The position numbers and the translations under genes are program-made. Source: Octopus vulgaris (Eukaryota). From it: a DNA stretch of 64,000 bases. The notes beneath the pieces were generated by a model, which did no database searches, was not told where the DNA came from, and worked only from the letters and a program-made list of their open reading frames with translations. The stretch lies in NCBI GenBank assembly GCA_951406725.2, contig OX597818.1, forward strand, positions 131,316,001 to 131,380,000, written 5' to 3'. Positions 27,714 through 41,219 of the stretch are shown in pieces; position 1 is the stretch's first letter; every line of letters begins with the position of its first letter.

Positions 27714-29025
27714 CATGTACACACACAGATATGCTTATATATGTATATATGCATGAATATTATATATATGTATATGCATATATATGTAAAGCATACATGC
27801 ATATATATATAAAGCATACATGCATACAAACATAAATATATATGTTAACTATAAGCATATATATAAGGACATGTATATATATATATTTATATATGTATAT
27901 ATGCATGTATGTACATAGACACACATATATATATATACACACACAAACATGCATGCATACTTATACATGCATACACATGTACATATAGTTTTTTATTTCC
28001 TTACAAAATGTCATTTTTTAACTTTCTTCTCTATTGTAAAAATTTTCCCTTTGTTTTCTTTCTGTACTTCTAATTTTTCTTCTCTATTCTGAAAATAGTT
28101 TATTATTTAGTTTTTCACTCTCTTCCACTAATGTAAAACTAAAAGATGAACCGCCACAAAGTTTTACTGATGTACATCTAACAATAAACATCACGGTACT
28201 TTTGTTTGCAATGAACCTGATGTTATTGTGGAAAAGCTAAAAACTAACAACAATGTACAAAACCCTACTTCTTTTTTTCTCTCTCTCTCTTTTCTATTCC
28301 TTCTCCTCTGTTTCAACAAAGCTCTTTTTTTAATTTTTTAATTTTATTTATTTTTTCAAAAATTTTATTTTATTTTGCTAATTGTCAAAAGATACCACTG
28401 TTCTTTCATCTTCATTGTTATACGGTTTGATATACAATTTCCAGAAGAGCTAAGGGATTGAATATCACAGTAAATAAAATTTCTTTTCATTGATATGGCT
28501 GGGTTTCCTTTCTTTCTTTTTTTCTTTCTCTATTAAATTAAAGAATACGGTGATAAAGTCTTTTATTTCCTCATGCATGAGAGATGATGCAAGAACTACC
28601 TGCTTTGAGGTTTTCATTTCTTAGGCCTTGTCAACTTAAGAAAGAAATGTACAAAGCAAGTTATTATTGGCAGAGAAAAAAACAAAACATCTATTGTACT
28701 ATTTAAATTTATATTTTCCAATAAATTTTTTATTGCAATTTTTTGATTTTTCTTTTCTTATTATCTGCATTTTCATTGCATATCAATATAAAATGTGACA
28801 ATCTGTAAACTTAGATATTTTTCAAAACATCCAGGCATGGCAGTATGGTTGTAAAAATCCCTTTGCAACTGTGTGGTCTTGAGTTTGGTCCCACTGCAGT
28901 AAAATGCAATCATGCATCCGGCAAAGATCCTAAGAAAGATTCAGGAGATTTGGGGACACTTGTCCACAAGCCTCAAGACAATATCTTGGCTAACTAAAGT
29001 AGCATGCAAAAAATAGCTTTATAAT

Positions 29026-29407
29026 GGAAGCACTCCGTCGGTTACGATGACGAGGGTTCCGGTTGATCTGAATCAACGGAACAGCTTGCTCGTGAAATTA
29101 ACGTGTAAGTGACTGAGCACTCCACAGACACGTGTACCCTTAACATAGTTCCCGGGGATATTCAGCGTGACACAGAGAGTGACAAGGCCGGCCCTTTGAA
29201 ATACAGGTACAACAGAAACAGGAAGTAAGAGTGAGAGAAAGTTGTGGTGAAAGAGTACAGCAGGGATCACCACTATCCCCTGCTGGAGCCTCGTGGAGCT
29301 TTAGGTGTTTTCGCTCAATAAACACTCACAACACCCGGTCTGGGAATCAAAGCCGCGATCCTATGACTGCGAGTCCGCTGTCCTAACCACTGGGCCATTG
29401 TGCCTCC
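29026..29407 (-). mobile_element. tRNA-derived SINE, family B, with TSD
   Basis: Matches 62768-63144. Direct repeat AGCTTTATAAT at 29015-29025 and 29408-29418. Confidence 0.9.
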
Positions 29408-29424
29408 AGCTTTATAATAATAAT

Positions 29425-29840
29425 CTTTTCTACACAAGGCCAGAAATATTGAGAGGTGTGGACAGTCAATTACATTGATTGATTACTTAACTGGTATTAA
29501 TTTTGTTGACCCCAAAAAGATTAGAGGTAAATCAACCTTGACAGAATTCAAACTTAGAGTGTAAAAATGGATGCATTTTGTTTGGCATGCTAATGATTCT
29601 GCAAGCTCAACGCCTTAATAATAATGATAATGGTTTCAAATTTTGGCACAAGGCCAGCATTTTCAGTGTAAGGGACAAATCAATTATATCGACCCCAATG
29701 TTCAACTGGTACTTATTTTATTGACCCTGAAAGGATGAAAGGCAAAGTCAGCCTCAGCAGAACTTGAACCCAGAATATGAAGATGGACAAAATGTCGTTT
29801 AGTGTTTTAACCAGCATGTTAATGATTTTGTGAGTTCATC
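29425..29840 (-). mobile_element. two tandem decayed SINE family E copies
   Basis: Both are colinear with 38882-39116. Confidence 0.7.
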
Positions 29841-29879
29841 ATTCTAACAGCAGCAGCAGTAGTAGTAGTAGTAGTATTA

Positions 29880-29957
<78 letters not shown>

Positions 29958-31212
29958 AATAATAATAATAATAACAACAACAACAATAATAACAATAATA
30001 ACTACGGCAATTTGAAGTGGGAAATATGAAGGAGAGTAGACGTGATATCAATAGTAAGTGGTGCACTTGGAACTATCAGCAGTCTACTAAATTTAAATAA
30101 TACTATAGTAACTGAAATCCCATTTTAGTCCTATTTAATGAAGAATTAGACAATACCATATGCTTAGAGTTGTACAATTTTGAGCAGGTTCTGGTTTGCA
30201 GTGCAGGATCATGCAGAAATTTGAATAATGATAGCTGTTCTTTTAATCATTATCTTGGTACCCACACCAAAGATTCTCACACAGACACCTTTAGTAAGGT
30301 TATAAACCAAAAAAACATCAACCGAGAAAATATGAATAATGGTTTAGGAACTAGATATCCTAATAGAATGACTAAATGTGTAACTGTAGGAATGATAATG
30401 ATGTTCCTTCAAATGGTAGATGTATAACTTAAAAGTTGATATGTAAAACTATAGGCTTGCTTGTTGAATGGTAACTTCTTTGTCATTAACACAGTATACC
30501 ATTGTAGGGTAATTTCATGAAGAAGCACTAAGAAACACATTGACTTTACAGCAAATATTCCTAAAAAGCAATTTTATGCATGTTTGCATTCATTTAAAAA
30601 TGTGCTGTTTGTAAACTCATTCTCATTAGCTGAATACGTGTGACATGTCAAAAGTTTAAACACCACAATCATAAATTGGAGCAGAGCATTGTAAAATTCA
30701 CAATTACACATGCAGAAGAATGGGGGCATGTTGACTGTGTTGCCTGGGGGCAATAGAAAATATACTCTCTTACAAACCATTTGGCAATGTATGTAATAAA
30801 GAGATAATTAATTGCAATCACAAAATTCTCTGTAAATTTAAATTCTATTAAAAACGAAAGATAAGATAACTGCTAATTTTACAATTCAGCTACCAGGCTA
30901 GGTTCTGCTTGTGTTGTTACTTATTTTATACATTTACATTCTTCAACGACTTTTCTGTTCTTTAAAGGTTAAATAATTGAAATTTTATATTACTGTGTAA
31001 TACTTCTGAAGCTTAGGCACTTTGTATTAAATATTGAATAACAGTTTATATTATTTTATACTGTAATTGGATACATATGTGTGTAGCTATGTACATGTAT
31101 GTCTTTATATGTGTACTTGTGTGTGTATGTATGCTTATATGAATATGTATGGTGTTTATATAAATTTGTGTAATTATGTAAATTGTATGGCTATGACGAT
31201 GCATGTATATAT

Positions 31213-31505
31213 CACGTGATCACGTGACCGACCAGACCATTAGATGTTGTTACACATCGCTGGTCACAATGCGTTCGCATTGTTTTAGCCTTTGAATGAC
31301 GCCACCCCGCTGGCTAAGCGAGCAGGCCAACAGAAGAAAGAGTGGTGAAAGATTACAGCAGGGACCACCACCCCCTGCCGGAGCCTCGTGGAGCTTTTAG
31401 GTGTTTTCGCTCAATAAACACTCACAACGCCCCGTCTGGGAATCGAAACCGCGATCCTGCAACCGTGAGTCTGCTGCCCTAGCCACTAGGCCAGTGCACC
31501 TCCAC
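31213..31505 (-). mobile_element. SINE with family-B head and a different tail, with TSD
   Basis: Head matches family B; the tail (CACGTGATCACGTGACCG...) is different. TSD GCATGTATATAT at 31201 and 31506. Confidence 0.85.
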
Positions 31506-31726
31506 GCATGTATATATATAAATAAATAAACTTTTGCATTTGAAAATTCATCTATATGTGGCTACGGGTGTACATGTGTCTTTTTAGGTATGTATAAGCA
31601 TATATATGCACATGGCTGTATCTATATATGTGTGAGTCCATAGATATTTATGTGTTGTATGTATTTTGTATGGGTTTACCTATATGAACTGTATTAAGAA
31701 GTGCTCATTGCAAACTAAATTGAAGG

Positions 31727-32497
31727 ATAACGGAAATTATAGAAGGAGCACATCTAGGCAATCATTACAAATTCCAAAACATAATTTAAAACACACAATG
31801 AAATAAATATATATATATATATATATAAATTTATAAATAAGTGAACAAAATTACAAGTAAAAGTCATTTGTGAAAACTATGAATCATGTATGTTAGGTTC
31901 AACTACCAAATGGAGGAGTGACAAATGAAGAGATAAAAATTCGAGGTAAGGGCTTCCAAAAAAACTGTTCGAATCAATAAAGAATTTGATGTTTATATGA
32001 AATGTCGGATGAGAGTTCAAAATTTAAAAATTCAGGGATATATTGGTAGATAAGTAGGTAGATAAAATAAATAGATACAGATTCGGGTGAATTTGGGTAA
32101 AGGATATCATCTTCGGCCATTTCAGGGGTTGTATAAATGTATAAATGGCGTTTTAAGTATTTCAAATACAGAAATATAATGCTTCCCCCTCATCAGGATG
32201 GTTTCCTTTGTGATGAAATCCTACATGGTAATATTTTGACAGACATCAAATTCCTAATCGCTTTGAACAGTCCTTTTGGAAGCCCTTAGCTTGAATTTTT
32301 ATCTCTATATTTTTCCCTCCTCCATTCGTGACCTGAACCCAATGTACATGATGCACAGTTTTCACATATGACTTTTACATGTAATTACGTTCACTTATTT
32401 ATAAATTTATATGTATATTTATTTCATCATGTGTTTTAAATTATGGTTTAGAATTTGTATTGATTACTTAGAGGTGTTCCTTCTATAATTTCCCTTA
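31727..32497. mobile_element. foldback element (~240 bp diverged inverted arms) with a hammerhead in the spacer
   Basis: Arms ~31727-31972 and ~32263-32497 are reverse complements, e.g. TTATAAATAAGTGAAC / GTTCACTTATTTATAA and AAGGGCTTCCAAAA / TTTTGGAAGCCCTT. Confidence 0.85.
32108..32200 (-). ncRNA. type-I hammerhead ribozyme motif (mutated at cleavage site)
   Basis: CATC CTGATGA GGGGG [long loop] ACCCCT GAAA TGGCCG AA GATG. Stem I is CATC/GATG and the core is intact. Stem III is near-palindromic, but U16.1 is replaced by A. Confidence 0.7.
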
Positions 32498-32771
32498 TAT
32501 ATATATATTATATATTTATGTGTGTATGTGTGTGTTTATGTTCCCATAACTTAGCAGTTCAGCAAAACACACTGATACAATAAATACTAGGCTTACAAAG
32601 AATAAGTCCAGGGAGCAATTTCTTTGAATAAAACCCTTTAAGGTGGAGCTCCAGCATGGCCCCAATGAAATGACTGAAATAGGTAAAAGAATGAAAGAAC
32701 AGGCTGTTGAGACCAGCTTGTGATTCCAGTACAATTAGAACAACCGGTCTCATGGTTGAGTGGTTAGTGAC

Positions 32772-32984
32772 TTAACCGGCCATATCCGGCCAAAAATACT
32801 CTGCCTATTTTATGTTCAAACTGGCCAGATCTGGTCTCTCACACCAACTCTACAATATCATTTTAAAAGTTAACAGTTACCTCATCAAAATCTCAAAGCT
32901 ACAACATAATGTATGATTAGTTCAAAACAATGTGGATAAAAAAGGATTAATTTTGGCAGAATAATGTGAACACTAAAGGGTTAA
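32772..32984. mobile_element. piggyBac-like MITE (left TIR partly deleted)
   Basis: Bounded by TTAA and ends in CTAAAGGGTTAA. A homologous inverted copy lies at 63619-63837. Confidence 0.7.
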
Positions 32985-34137
32985 CACACTCCCTCTGCTA
33001 CTATTGAGCGGAGGGTGTCTGGACACCCTGCAAGACTAAAAACAAAACCTGTTGAAGGACAGATGAGTTCATTGTGGTCCATTGGCCATCCATTTAAAGA
33101 AGGAATGGCAAAACACTTCAGTTGTCTATGCCAAGAAAACACGAGAAAGTCAGAAAGAAGTAAAACTATGATTTGATCTGATAGGAGAACTCGAGTTCAG
33201 TTGAGAAGACTAAAAGAGTACAATACATGACAATAACAACATATACACATAAACAAGATTGTATGAATGGATAGATGGATTATGAACCATTTAACCTGAA
33301 AAATAATATAATTCTAAAATGCATGTCCAATGCAAATAATTATCTTCCTAAACAGTTTTCATCCAAAAATTAAGTATGTTTCAGTAAACATGTAAGAATC
33401 TGTGAAAGAATGCTTTATATTCTTATATTTATATTTATATTTATATTCCTTTTCAAATCTCAAATTATTATTTTTTTTCATATTTCTTATATGAAGGAAA
33501 AAAACAAAAATCATTTTTCAATTCTAAGCAGTTCTTTATTTTTCTTCCCAGTTGATTTTTGATTCAAATAACTTTGCATCTCAGTGAAAGAAATCAAAGA
33601 ATATATATATATAAAAAAAGATGTATATAAAGACTCAATAACAGAAAAAAATATAAGGAAAAGGTAAAAAAAGTGCCACTTCCCCTCACCAGCCCCACTC
33701 TGTAGCCTAGTATTTTATGGTATTAACTCAATGGTTGTTTCAAAATCAGGTATTTATCCTTTAGTAATTTTCAAATAATTTGCTGCTACCATTTATTTCA
33801 TTTCATTAGGAGCTTATGAATTATGTGTGTGTGTATGTGTGTGTGTATATATATATATAAATATATATTTCTTTACTATATATACACATATATATACATA
33901 CGTGCATGTGTGTCTGTAAGTGCATATATGTATGTATATGAGTATACAAATATATGTATATATGTATTTACAGATACACACACACACACACACGTGCGCA
34001 CGCACATATATATACATGTGTGTATATATGCATTATTATGTAGCACCAATCTGAACACTAGCTGTTACCACCACCTCCACCATCACTAAGAGCACTACAA
34101 ACATTCTTCATTATTATTGTTATTATCATCGCCATTG

Positions 34138-34169
<32 letters not shown>

Positions 34170-34206
34170 TTCATTCTTTGCTTTTCTTTCTCTATATTTC
34201 TTTCAG

Positions 34207-34223
34207 ACTTATATGTCGGCAAG
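34207..34223 (+). CDS. candidate 17-nt microexon
   Basis: Long polypyrimidine tract ...ctttctctatatttctttcag|ACTTATATGTCGGCAAG|gtaaat. Confidence 0.3.
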
Positions 34224-34781
34224 GTAAATGACAAGTAAAAAAAAATAATAAAAAAATACAGGGAATTTTGAAAGAGGGTTTGACAATCCTACACTAACTT
34301 ATATAACAGAAAAATGATGCTGATGTAGCAATAATGGTTGTAAGCAGTGGGTGGAGTGGCAGTAATGGTATGGGGTTTGGGTAGGTGTTAAGTTGGTGTT
34401 GTGTTGGCAGTGGAATGTGCAGAGAACAAAGTTCGAAAAATACAATGACGGAGCTCTTTTGTAAACTGTTGTGTTGTCTGCAAAGAAATGTGAGATTACA
34501 GTTAAAGTATTTTCAGTGCAGCTAATCAGTAAGCTCAAAGATTGCATACATCGTATAATAGAAGTGGTAATGCACAAGTAAAGGAGGCCTTTTTTTTCCG
34601 CAACAAAGGCTAAGTCTACATAATTGAGTTCCGTATTTAGAAGATGGCCTCTTGCCTATGGAAAGCTTTAAAACATATTGCTGCAGAAATGTTTGTCAGA
34701 ATGAGTTTTTACAAAAAAACAAAAAAAAAACAAAAACGAAAAAAAATTATTTCTTTCTTTTCAGTTTTTCTCCACCTCTCT

Positions 34782-34839
<58 letters not shown>

Positions 34840-34936
34840 TATGCATATATATACATATGTGTGTGTGCATATGTATGTATAGATGTATCCCCATATTCCA
34901 ACATACATACATATGCATCAACCTCTGTTTTTGATT

Positions 34937-34997
<61 letters not shown>

Positions 34998-35058
34998 ACA
35001 TAAATATATGAAAATATACATGCATATATAAACACACGCACATACATACATACATACA

Positions 35059-35137
<79 letters not shown>

Positions 35138-35694
35138 GGATAGATAGAGAGATAGAAACATGCATCGTGGTTATAAAAGCATTACAAAGGTGAATACACA
35201 CTACAAACATATACAAATATATAAGCAAACGGCGTAAAAACAAAATGCAGAACCAAAACAAACAAGAAACAAACAAAAAAAAAAGGGAAGGAAAACAAAT
35301 TTGTCTACAGTCAATACTGCAACAGAATAGGAAGGTGGGAGTTGAAAGGAAGTGGAAGAGGAAGTGCAAAATAATGGTAAATCAAAGAACTATATTTTGT
35401 TGTCATATAATTTCATGTGTCTTATTTTAGAGGTTTTGATTATGTATATATGTATGAATGTACGTATGTATGTATGTATGTATGTATATATGACTATATG
35501 TATGTATGGTTATATGTATATATGTATGATTATATGTATGTGTGGTGAGTGTGTATATATGTTGTATGTATGTTTATATGCACATATATGCACATATACA
35601 CATATATGTGCATGCAGATATGTATGTAAGCATGGATATTTGTATCAATGTTTCCATGCATGTGCACTTGTAAATATGCATAAGTGTATTTTTG

Positions 35695-35725
<31 letters not shown>

Positions 35726-35726
35726 G

Positions 35727-35793
<67 letters not shown>

Positions 35794-35798
35794 TATAC

Positions 35799-35850
<52 letters not shown>

Positions 35851-36497
35851 GTATATATAAATGCATGTTTAAATATATATAAATATATGTATGTGCGTAT
35901 GGGAGTTTTGGTGTGTGTATGTATGCTTATGTGTTTGTTTCAGGTGTATGTATGCGTGTGTTTGTAAAAATGTGTTTGTGTGTCTCTGAATAGAGGGAAA
36001 TAACATGCAGTTGCTTATTTTCACAGATTACTTATAAAACTACAATAACAAGAACAACATTAACGAATGAAGAAAACAACCAAGCAACATAACAGACAAT
36101 AGCGAAATATATCATAACAATAGAACACAACAAAACAAAATAAACTACAATAATTAAAAAAAAACAACATTATAAAAAATCCTTCAGTATTAACAAAAGA
36201 AGAGCAATGTAACAACAGCAGCAGCAGCAGGAATAAGAAACAAAACAGCAACAAGCCAGTGAAGTAGTCTCTGTTCTTCCATGTGAAGTGCTAGATATAG
36301 CAGCCAAGGTGTTTGAAATTACATCCTATTGATTTGAAAAAGGAAAGACACATTGGGGTTTTAGCTGTCGTTGTATACACCCAGGTGTGCGCATTTTTTC
36401 AGATAATGAATCTCAGATGGAGAATCTTCGGAATGTCTCACAAACCTTCACTGTGCCACTGATAGACTGAATTTGGAGAATCTGCTTATATAAGAAT

Positions 36498-36900
36498 CTG
36501 CAGGAATGGCTGTGTGGTAAGTAGCTTGCTTACCAACCACATGGTTTTGGGTTCAGTCCCACTGCGCGGCATCTTGGGCAAGTGTCTTCTACCATAGCCT
36601 CGGGCCGACCAAAGCCTTGTGAGTGGATTTTGTAGACAGAAACTGAAAGAAGCCCGTCGTATATATTTATATATATATGTATGTGTGTGTTTATGTTTGT
36701 GTGTCTGTGTTTATCCCCCCCCCCCAACATCGCTTGACAACCGATGCTGGTGCGTTTACGTCCCCATAACTTAGCGGTTCGGCAAAAGAGACCGATAGAA
36801 TAAGTACTAGGCTTACAAAGAATAAGTCCTGGGGGCGATTTGCTCGACTAAAGACGGTGCTCCAGCATGGCCACAGTCAAATAACAGAAACAAGTAAAAG
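36498..36900 (+). mobile_element. tRNA-derived SINE, family A
   Basis: Near full-length match to other copies. Confidence 0.9.
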
Positions 36901-37185
36901 TGTGTGTGTGTGTGTGTACACACACATACACATACACAGATACTATATCTAGTGTCTCACATAATTTCATAGAGGCTCCCTTATTGGTTTGTAGGCATCA
37001 CAGGAGATTCTAAGAGAAAAGAATTAATATAGAAGATTTGGTTTGGATGTGAAAGAAGCAACAGCAGCCGTAATTCCCAGTGAAATAACCACATCCACAG
37101 GTTTTGTATTTATTTTTATTCAATTTAATGTAATTACACACATAAAAACTTATAGTTCTACATTAGTTAATTTTGTTTTCCAACA

Positions 37186-37606
37186 GGCGCAGGAGTGGCT
37201 GTGTGGTAAGTAGCTTGCTAACCAACTACATGGTTCCAGGTTCAGTCCCACTGCGCGGCATCTTGGGCAAGTGTCTTCTGCTATAGCCCCGGGCCGACCA
37301 ATGCCTTGTGAGTGGATTTGGTAGACGGAAACTGAAAGAAGCCTGCCGTATATATGTATATATATATATATATATGTGTGTGTGTATATGTTTGTGTGTC
37401 TGTGTTTGTCCCCCTAGCATTGCTTGACAACCGATGCTGGTGTGCTTATGTCCCCATTACTTAGTGGTTTGACAAAAGAGACCGATAGAATAAGTACTGG
37501 GCTTACAAAGAATAAGTCCCGGGGTCGAGTTGCTCGACTAAAGGCGGTGCCCTAGCATGGCCGCAGTCAAATGACTGAAACAAGTAAAAGAGTAAAAAGA
37601 GAGAGT
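37186..37606 (+). mobile_element. tRNA-derived SINE, family A, full length with TSD
   Basis: GGCGCAGGAGTGGCTGTGTGGTAAG head, GGTTCAGTCCC B-box-like motif, (GTAAAAGA)n tail. AACAGG is repeated at both ends. Confidence 0.92.
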
Positions 37607-37930
37607 AACAGGTCTTTGCATGTTTCAGATCTATTCAGTGATGAGGTTCCAGCTTTAGAATTTAGGAGTTCTGGGGAGTATGAAGTTATTACCAAGGCCA
37701 CTCTGGCTTGGAGTTGTAGTATCCCAGTTATGGGTTAAACAGCAGAAGTTGGCCAGTATGATAGAGAGAGAGACAAGATCAGATGTCTTGTTAGAGAGGC
37801 GGAGAGAATAGGATCCTGACAAAGGAAACTGCAAATAAACAACTGCTGTATCTTTACCAAAGAAAATCATGAATGTTCAGACTTTGGTATGGAGGTTCAA
37901 AATCAATGACACCCATCGGTATGATACATG

Positions 37931-37982
<52 letters not shown>

Positions 37983-38881
37983 ATGAGAGGGAGAGCAAGA
38001 GAGAGAGAGAGAGAGCATGAGAGAGAGAATATAAGTTTTGTTTCTGTTGTTAGAATAAAGGTTTCAGTTTAGGTAAAGGACTAGGGTTCATCTTTTGGGT
38101 TTGAGTTTATAGTTCTTGTTTAGTGTTGGGTGAATACAAAACATCATTTAGTATCATGATCAGAGTTAACAAGTCATGGTCAGGGTTAATATGTAATTTA
38201 GATTCTGTAGTGAGAAAATCAATTTATGTGATTCGCTAGAATATTACCCATGTGATCAACGAAATCTAGCCAATCATGACTCTGTAAGGAATAGGATCCA
38301 GTGACAATTTCATCTTTTGGCATGCTTCCTTTTGAGCCTGTCCATCAGTATAAATTTGGCACACCCTGGCTACTTGACAAAGGTTTAAGGGATGTAACAG
38401 AGAGAGCAGTGAAAGAGAATTGAGATAAAACAGTGGACAGATGAGGGGAATTACAACTGTGTTTCGTGATCTGCTACCACAATAGCTCCTTTATAGGATC
38501 CAGTTAGCTCAAGACATCATCAGGAGGAACCACGTCAAGTTTCGGGCCCCTACTCCTCAATTAGCTGCTGACCCATGCTGACAATAACCAGAATGAATGA
38601 CTGGTGACAGCAACACAATGGCCAGCAGCAAACCATAAGACATCTAGTATAATTACACCAAGAAAGTTAACACTCAAACTCTCTCAACATTTTGTTGTTC
38701 ATAGTAACAACAATATTTGTATTTTCTTATGTACGAAAAGAATAAATATTTTGTTTGTCAAAAATGACAACCTTCTCTAGTGTTCTTTTTCGTACAAATC
38801 TATGTAATCTTTGTAAATGTTCAAAGCTTGCCCAGATCAAATTTGCCATTCATTTACTTCAGGGTTAATAAAATAAAGTAC

Positions 38882-39116
38882 CTATTTCTTTACTACCCAT
38901 AAGGGGCTAAACACAGAGGGGGCAAGCAAGGACAGACAAACGGATTAAGTCGATTACATCGACCCCAGTGCGTTACTGATACTTAATTTATCGACCCCGA
39001 AAGGATGAAAGGCAAAGTCGACCTCGGCGGAATTTGAACTTACAACGTAACGGCAGCCGAAATACTGCAAAGCATTTCGCCCGACGTGCTAACGATTCTG
39101 CCAGCTCGCCGCCTTA
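38882..39116 (-). mobile_element. SINE family E (Meta/MESC-domain-like), young copy nested in an older opposite-strand copy
   Basis: Minus strand GGCGGCGAGCTGGCAGAATCGTTAGCACG...TTCAAATTCCGCCGAGGTCGACTTTGCCTTTCATCCTTTCGGGGTCGATAAATTAAGTA. AAAATAAAGTACC is duplicated on the flanks. Confidence 0.85.
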
Positions 39117-39910
39117 TAAATAATAAAATAAAGTACCAATCAAGTACACGTATGGTACTCGACTGCCCTTCTCCCCACAAATTTCTGGTCTTGTACCTAT
39201 ATCAGAATTGTTCAAGTCTTGGATAAAATGCCTTGCATTATTTTCCTAGCTCTTTACATTCTGAATTTAAATCCCACCAATATCAACTTTTTCTTTCATT
39301 GTTTTAGGGTCAGTCGGTAAAATGAAGTACCGGGCCAAATGCTGAGCTTGATTTAATTGGCTAAGCACCCATTTCTGAAGTTTCAGTCATTGGGTCTATA
39401 TAAGATGCATTGTTACATTTATCATTCAACAAAGGAAAGGAACTCTGAATCTGTTTCTGCTTCATAATTAGTACATGAATTATTTCCTTTTACCTTTTCC
39501 CTTCTAAGCCTTTCCAACCACAGCTTGTGGTTTTATAGAGCAAAAATACAATAGTAGAAGTAGTAATAGTGGTGGTGGTGATGGTGGTGATGGGAGTGGT
39601 GGCTGAGGCAGTAGCAGCTGTAAATAGTAGTTTTCTGCCACTATACAAAGAGGGACATTGTTAAACCTGCTTTACTAATATATCAAAAAATTTACCAACA
39701 TAAATTATTAAATGAAGAACTTCATATTCAAGACACCAGCATAGAAATAAGTTGGTGCTAACCAATATATTTTCTGAAGAGTGGGAGTGGAAAGAAGACA
39801 AAAAAATATATAGGAATGGCCATTCTAATGATCTTGAATATCTCAATGCAGCAAGATTAAAAAGAGAGAAAATACCCTTGTTCCTCTACTTCTACTACAG
39901 GCTAAAATTA

Positions 39911-40136
39911 TTTACTCTTTTACTCTTTTACTTGTTTCAGTCATTTGAATGCGGCCATGCTGGAGCACCGCCTTTAATCGAGCAACTTGACCCCGGGACT
40001 TATTCTTTTGTAAGCCCAGTACTTATTCTATCGGTCTCTTTTGCCGAACCGCTAAGTTACGGGGACACAAACACACCAGCATCGGTTGTCAAGCAATGCT
40101 AGGGGGACAAACACAGACACACAAACACACATATGC

Positions 40137-40169
<33 letters not shown>

Positions 40170-40334
40170 TACGACGGGCTTCTTTCAGTTTCCGTCTACC
40201 AAATCCACTCACAAGGCTTTGGTTGGCCCGAGGCTATAGTAGAAGGCACTTGCTCAAGGTGCCATGACGTGGGACTGAACCCGGAATCATGTGGTTGGTA
40301 AACAAGCTACTTAAAACACAGCCACTCCTGCGCC
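39911..40334 (-). mobile_element. tRNA-derived SINE, family A, full length
   Basis: Reverse complement of 37186-37606. Confidence 0.92.
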
Positions 40335-40617
40335 TATTTATTTATTTATTTGATTTTTGTTCATAATTGTAGTTTAGAAATTTATAATGGTAGTTTAGGG
40401 AAAAATTTTTCTTGACTTTCTTTAAGATTCATGGTTGTCTTCAGTTTTACCAGTCTCTAAAAATCTGATATTAATTTACTCATAAATGCAACAGTTGTTC
40501 CATGTTTAAGCATTGAAAATACCAATTTCTCAAACTGGTGTGCGTGTATGTACATGGACCTGATGCATACATGTGAGTGAGTATGTTTATATATGTACAC
40601 ATGTGTGTATGCATGGA

Positions 40618-40671
<54 letters not shown>

Positions 40672-41151
40672 CATATATATGTGTGTATACATATATATAT
40701 CAATGTGAATGTGTGACTTTATAAATTTTTGTGCAAATTATTACACATGTACAAACACACAGAGACAAAGACATATATATATATACACACACATACACAC
40801 ACACTACACACACATTTATATATACATACATATATATGTATGCATGTATATATACACATATGAATATATTTGTGCGTTTTATATGTGTATATCTATGTGT
40901 ATATATGTGAGGGTATGTTTATAAATATTTTGTGTATATATATATGTGTGTGTATGTGCCTTTATAAATGTAGATGTTTTTATATATAAGTTTGTATATT
41001 TGTGCATGTGTGCATATGAGAGTGTGTGTGAAAGTGTATATGCATGTGCATTATTTTATGTTTTGTTGTTTTATTTCTGCAATTATTATGTTTTATTTTG
41101 CTTTCTTTTTTTTTCTATTTCTCAATGCATTTTATATCACTGCAACCTTAG

Positions 41152-41219
41152 ATATTCATATCATTAGACTTTCGGACCAACAGAATGTCAAGTTTCAAAT
41201 CATTGCTTCACTGATTTGA
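41152..41219 (+). CDS. candidate terminal coding exon (xIHIIRLSDQQNVKFQIIASLI*)
   Basis: Pyrimidine-rich run ending caaccttag|, then an open phase-1 frame to TGA. AATAAA follows at ~41222 and ~41230, then AT-rich UTR-like sequence. Confidence 0.3.

Noticed and set aside
30170-30427. 85-aa non-repetitive ORF
   Set aside because: No ATG start, no recognisable motif or convincing splice sites; length within chance expectation.
37611-37740. Open frame after the SINE, suggesting an exon split from its acceptor
   Set aside because: Sequence looks like a decayed dispersed repeat and ends in a stop without a good donor.
38510-38530. Isolated CTGATGA matches (also ~12256 and ~50490)
   Set aside because: No stem II, GAAA or stem I partner at suitable spacing.
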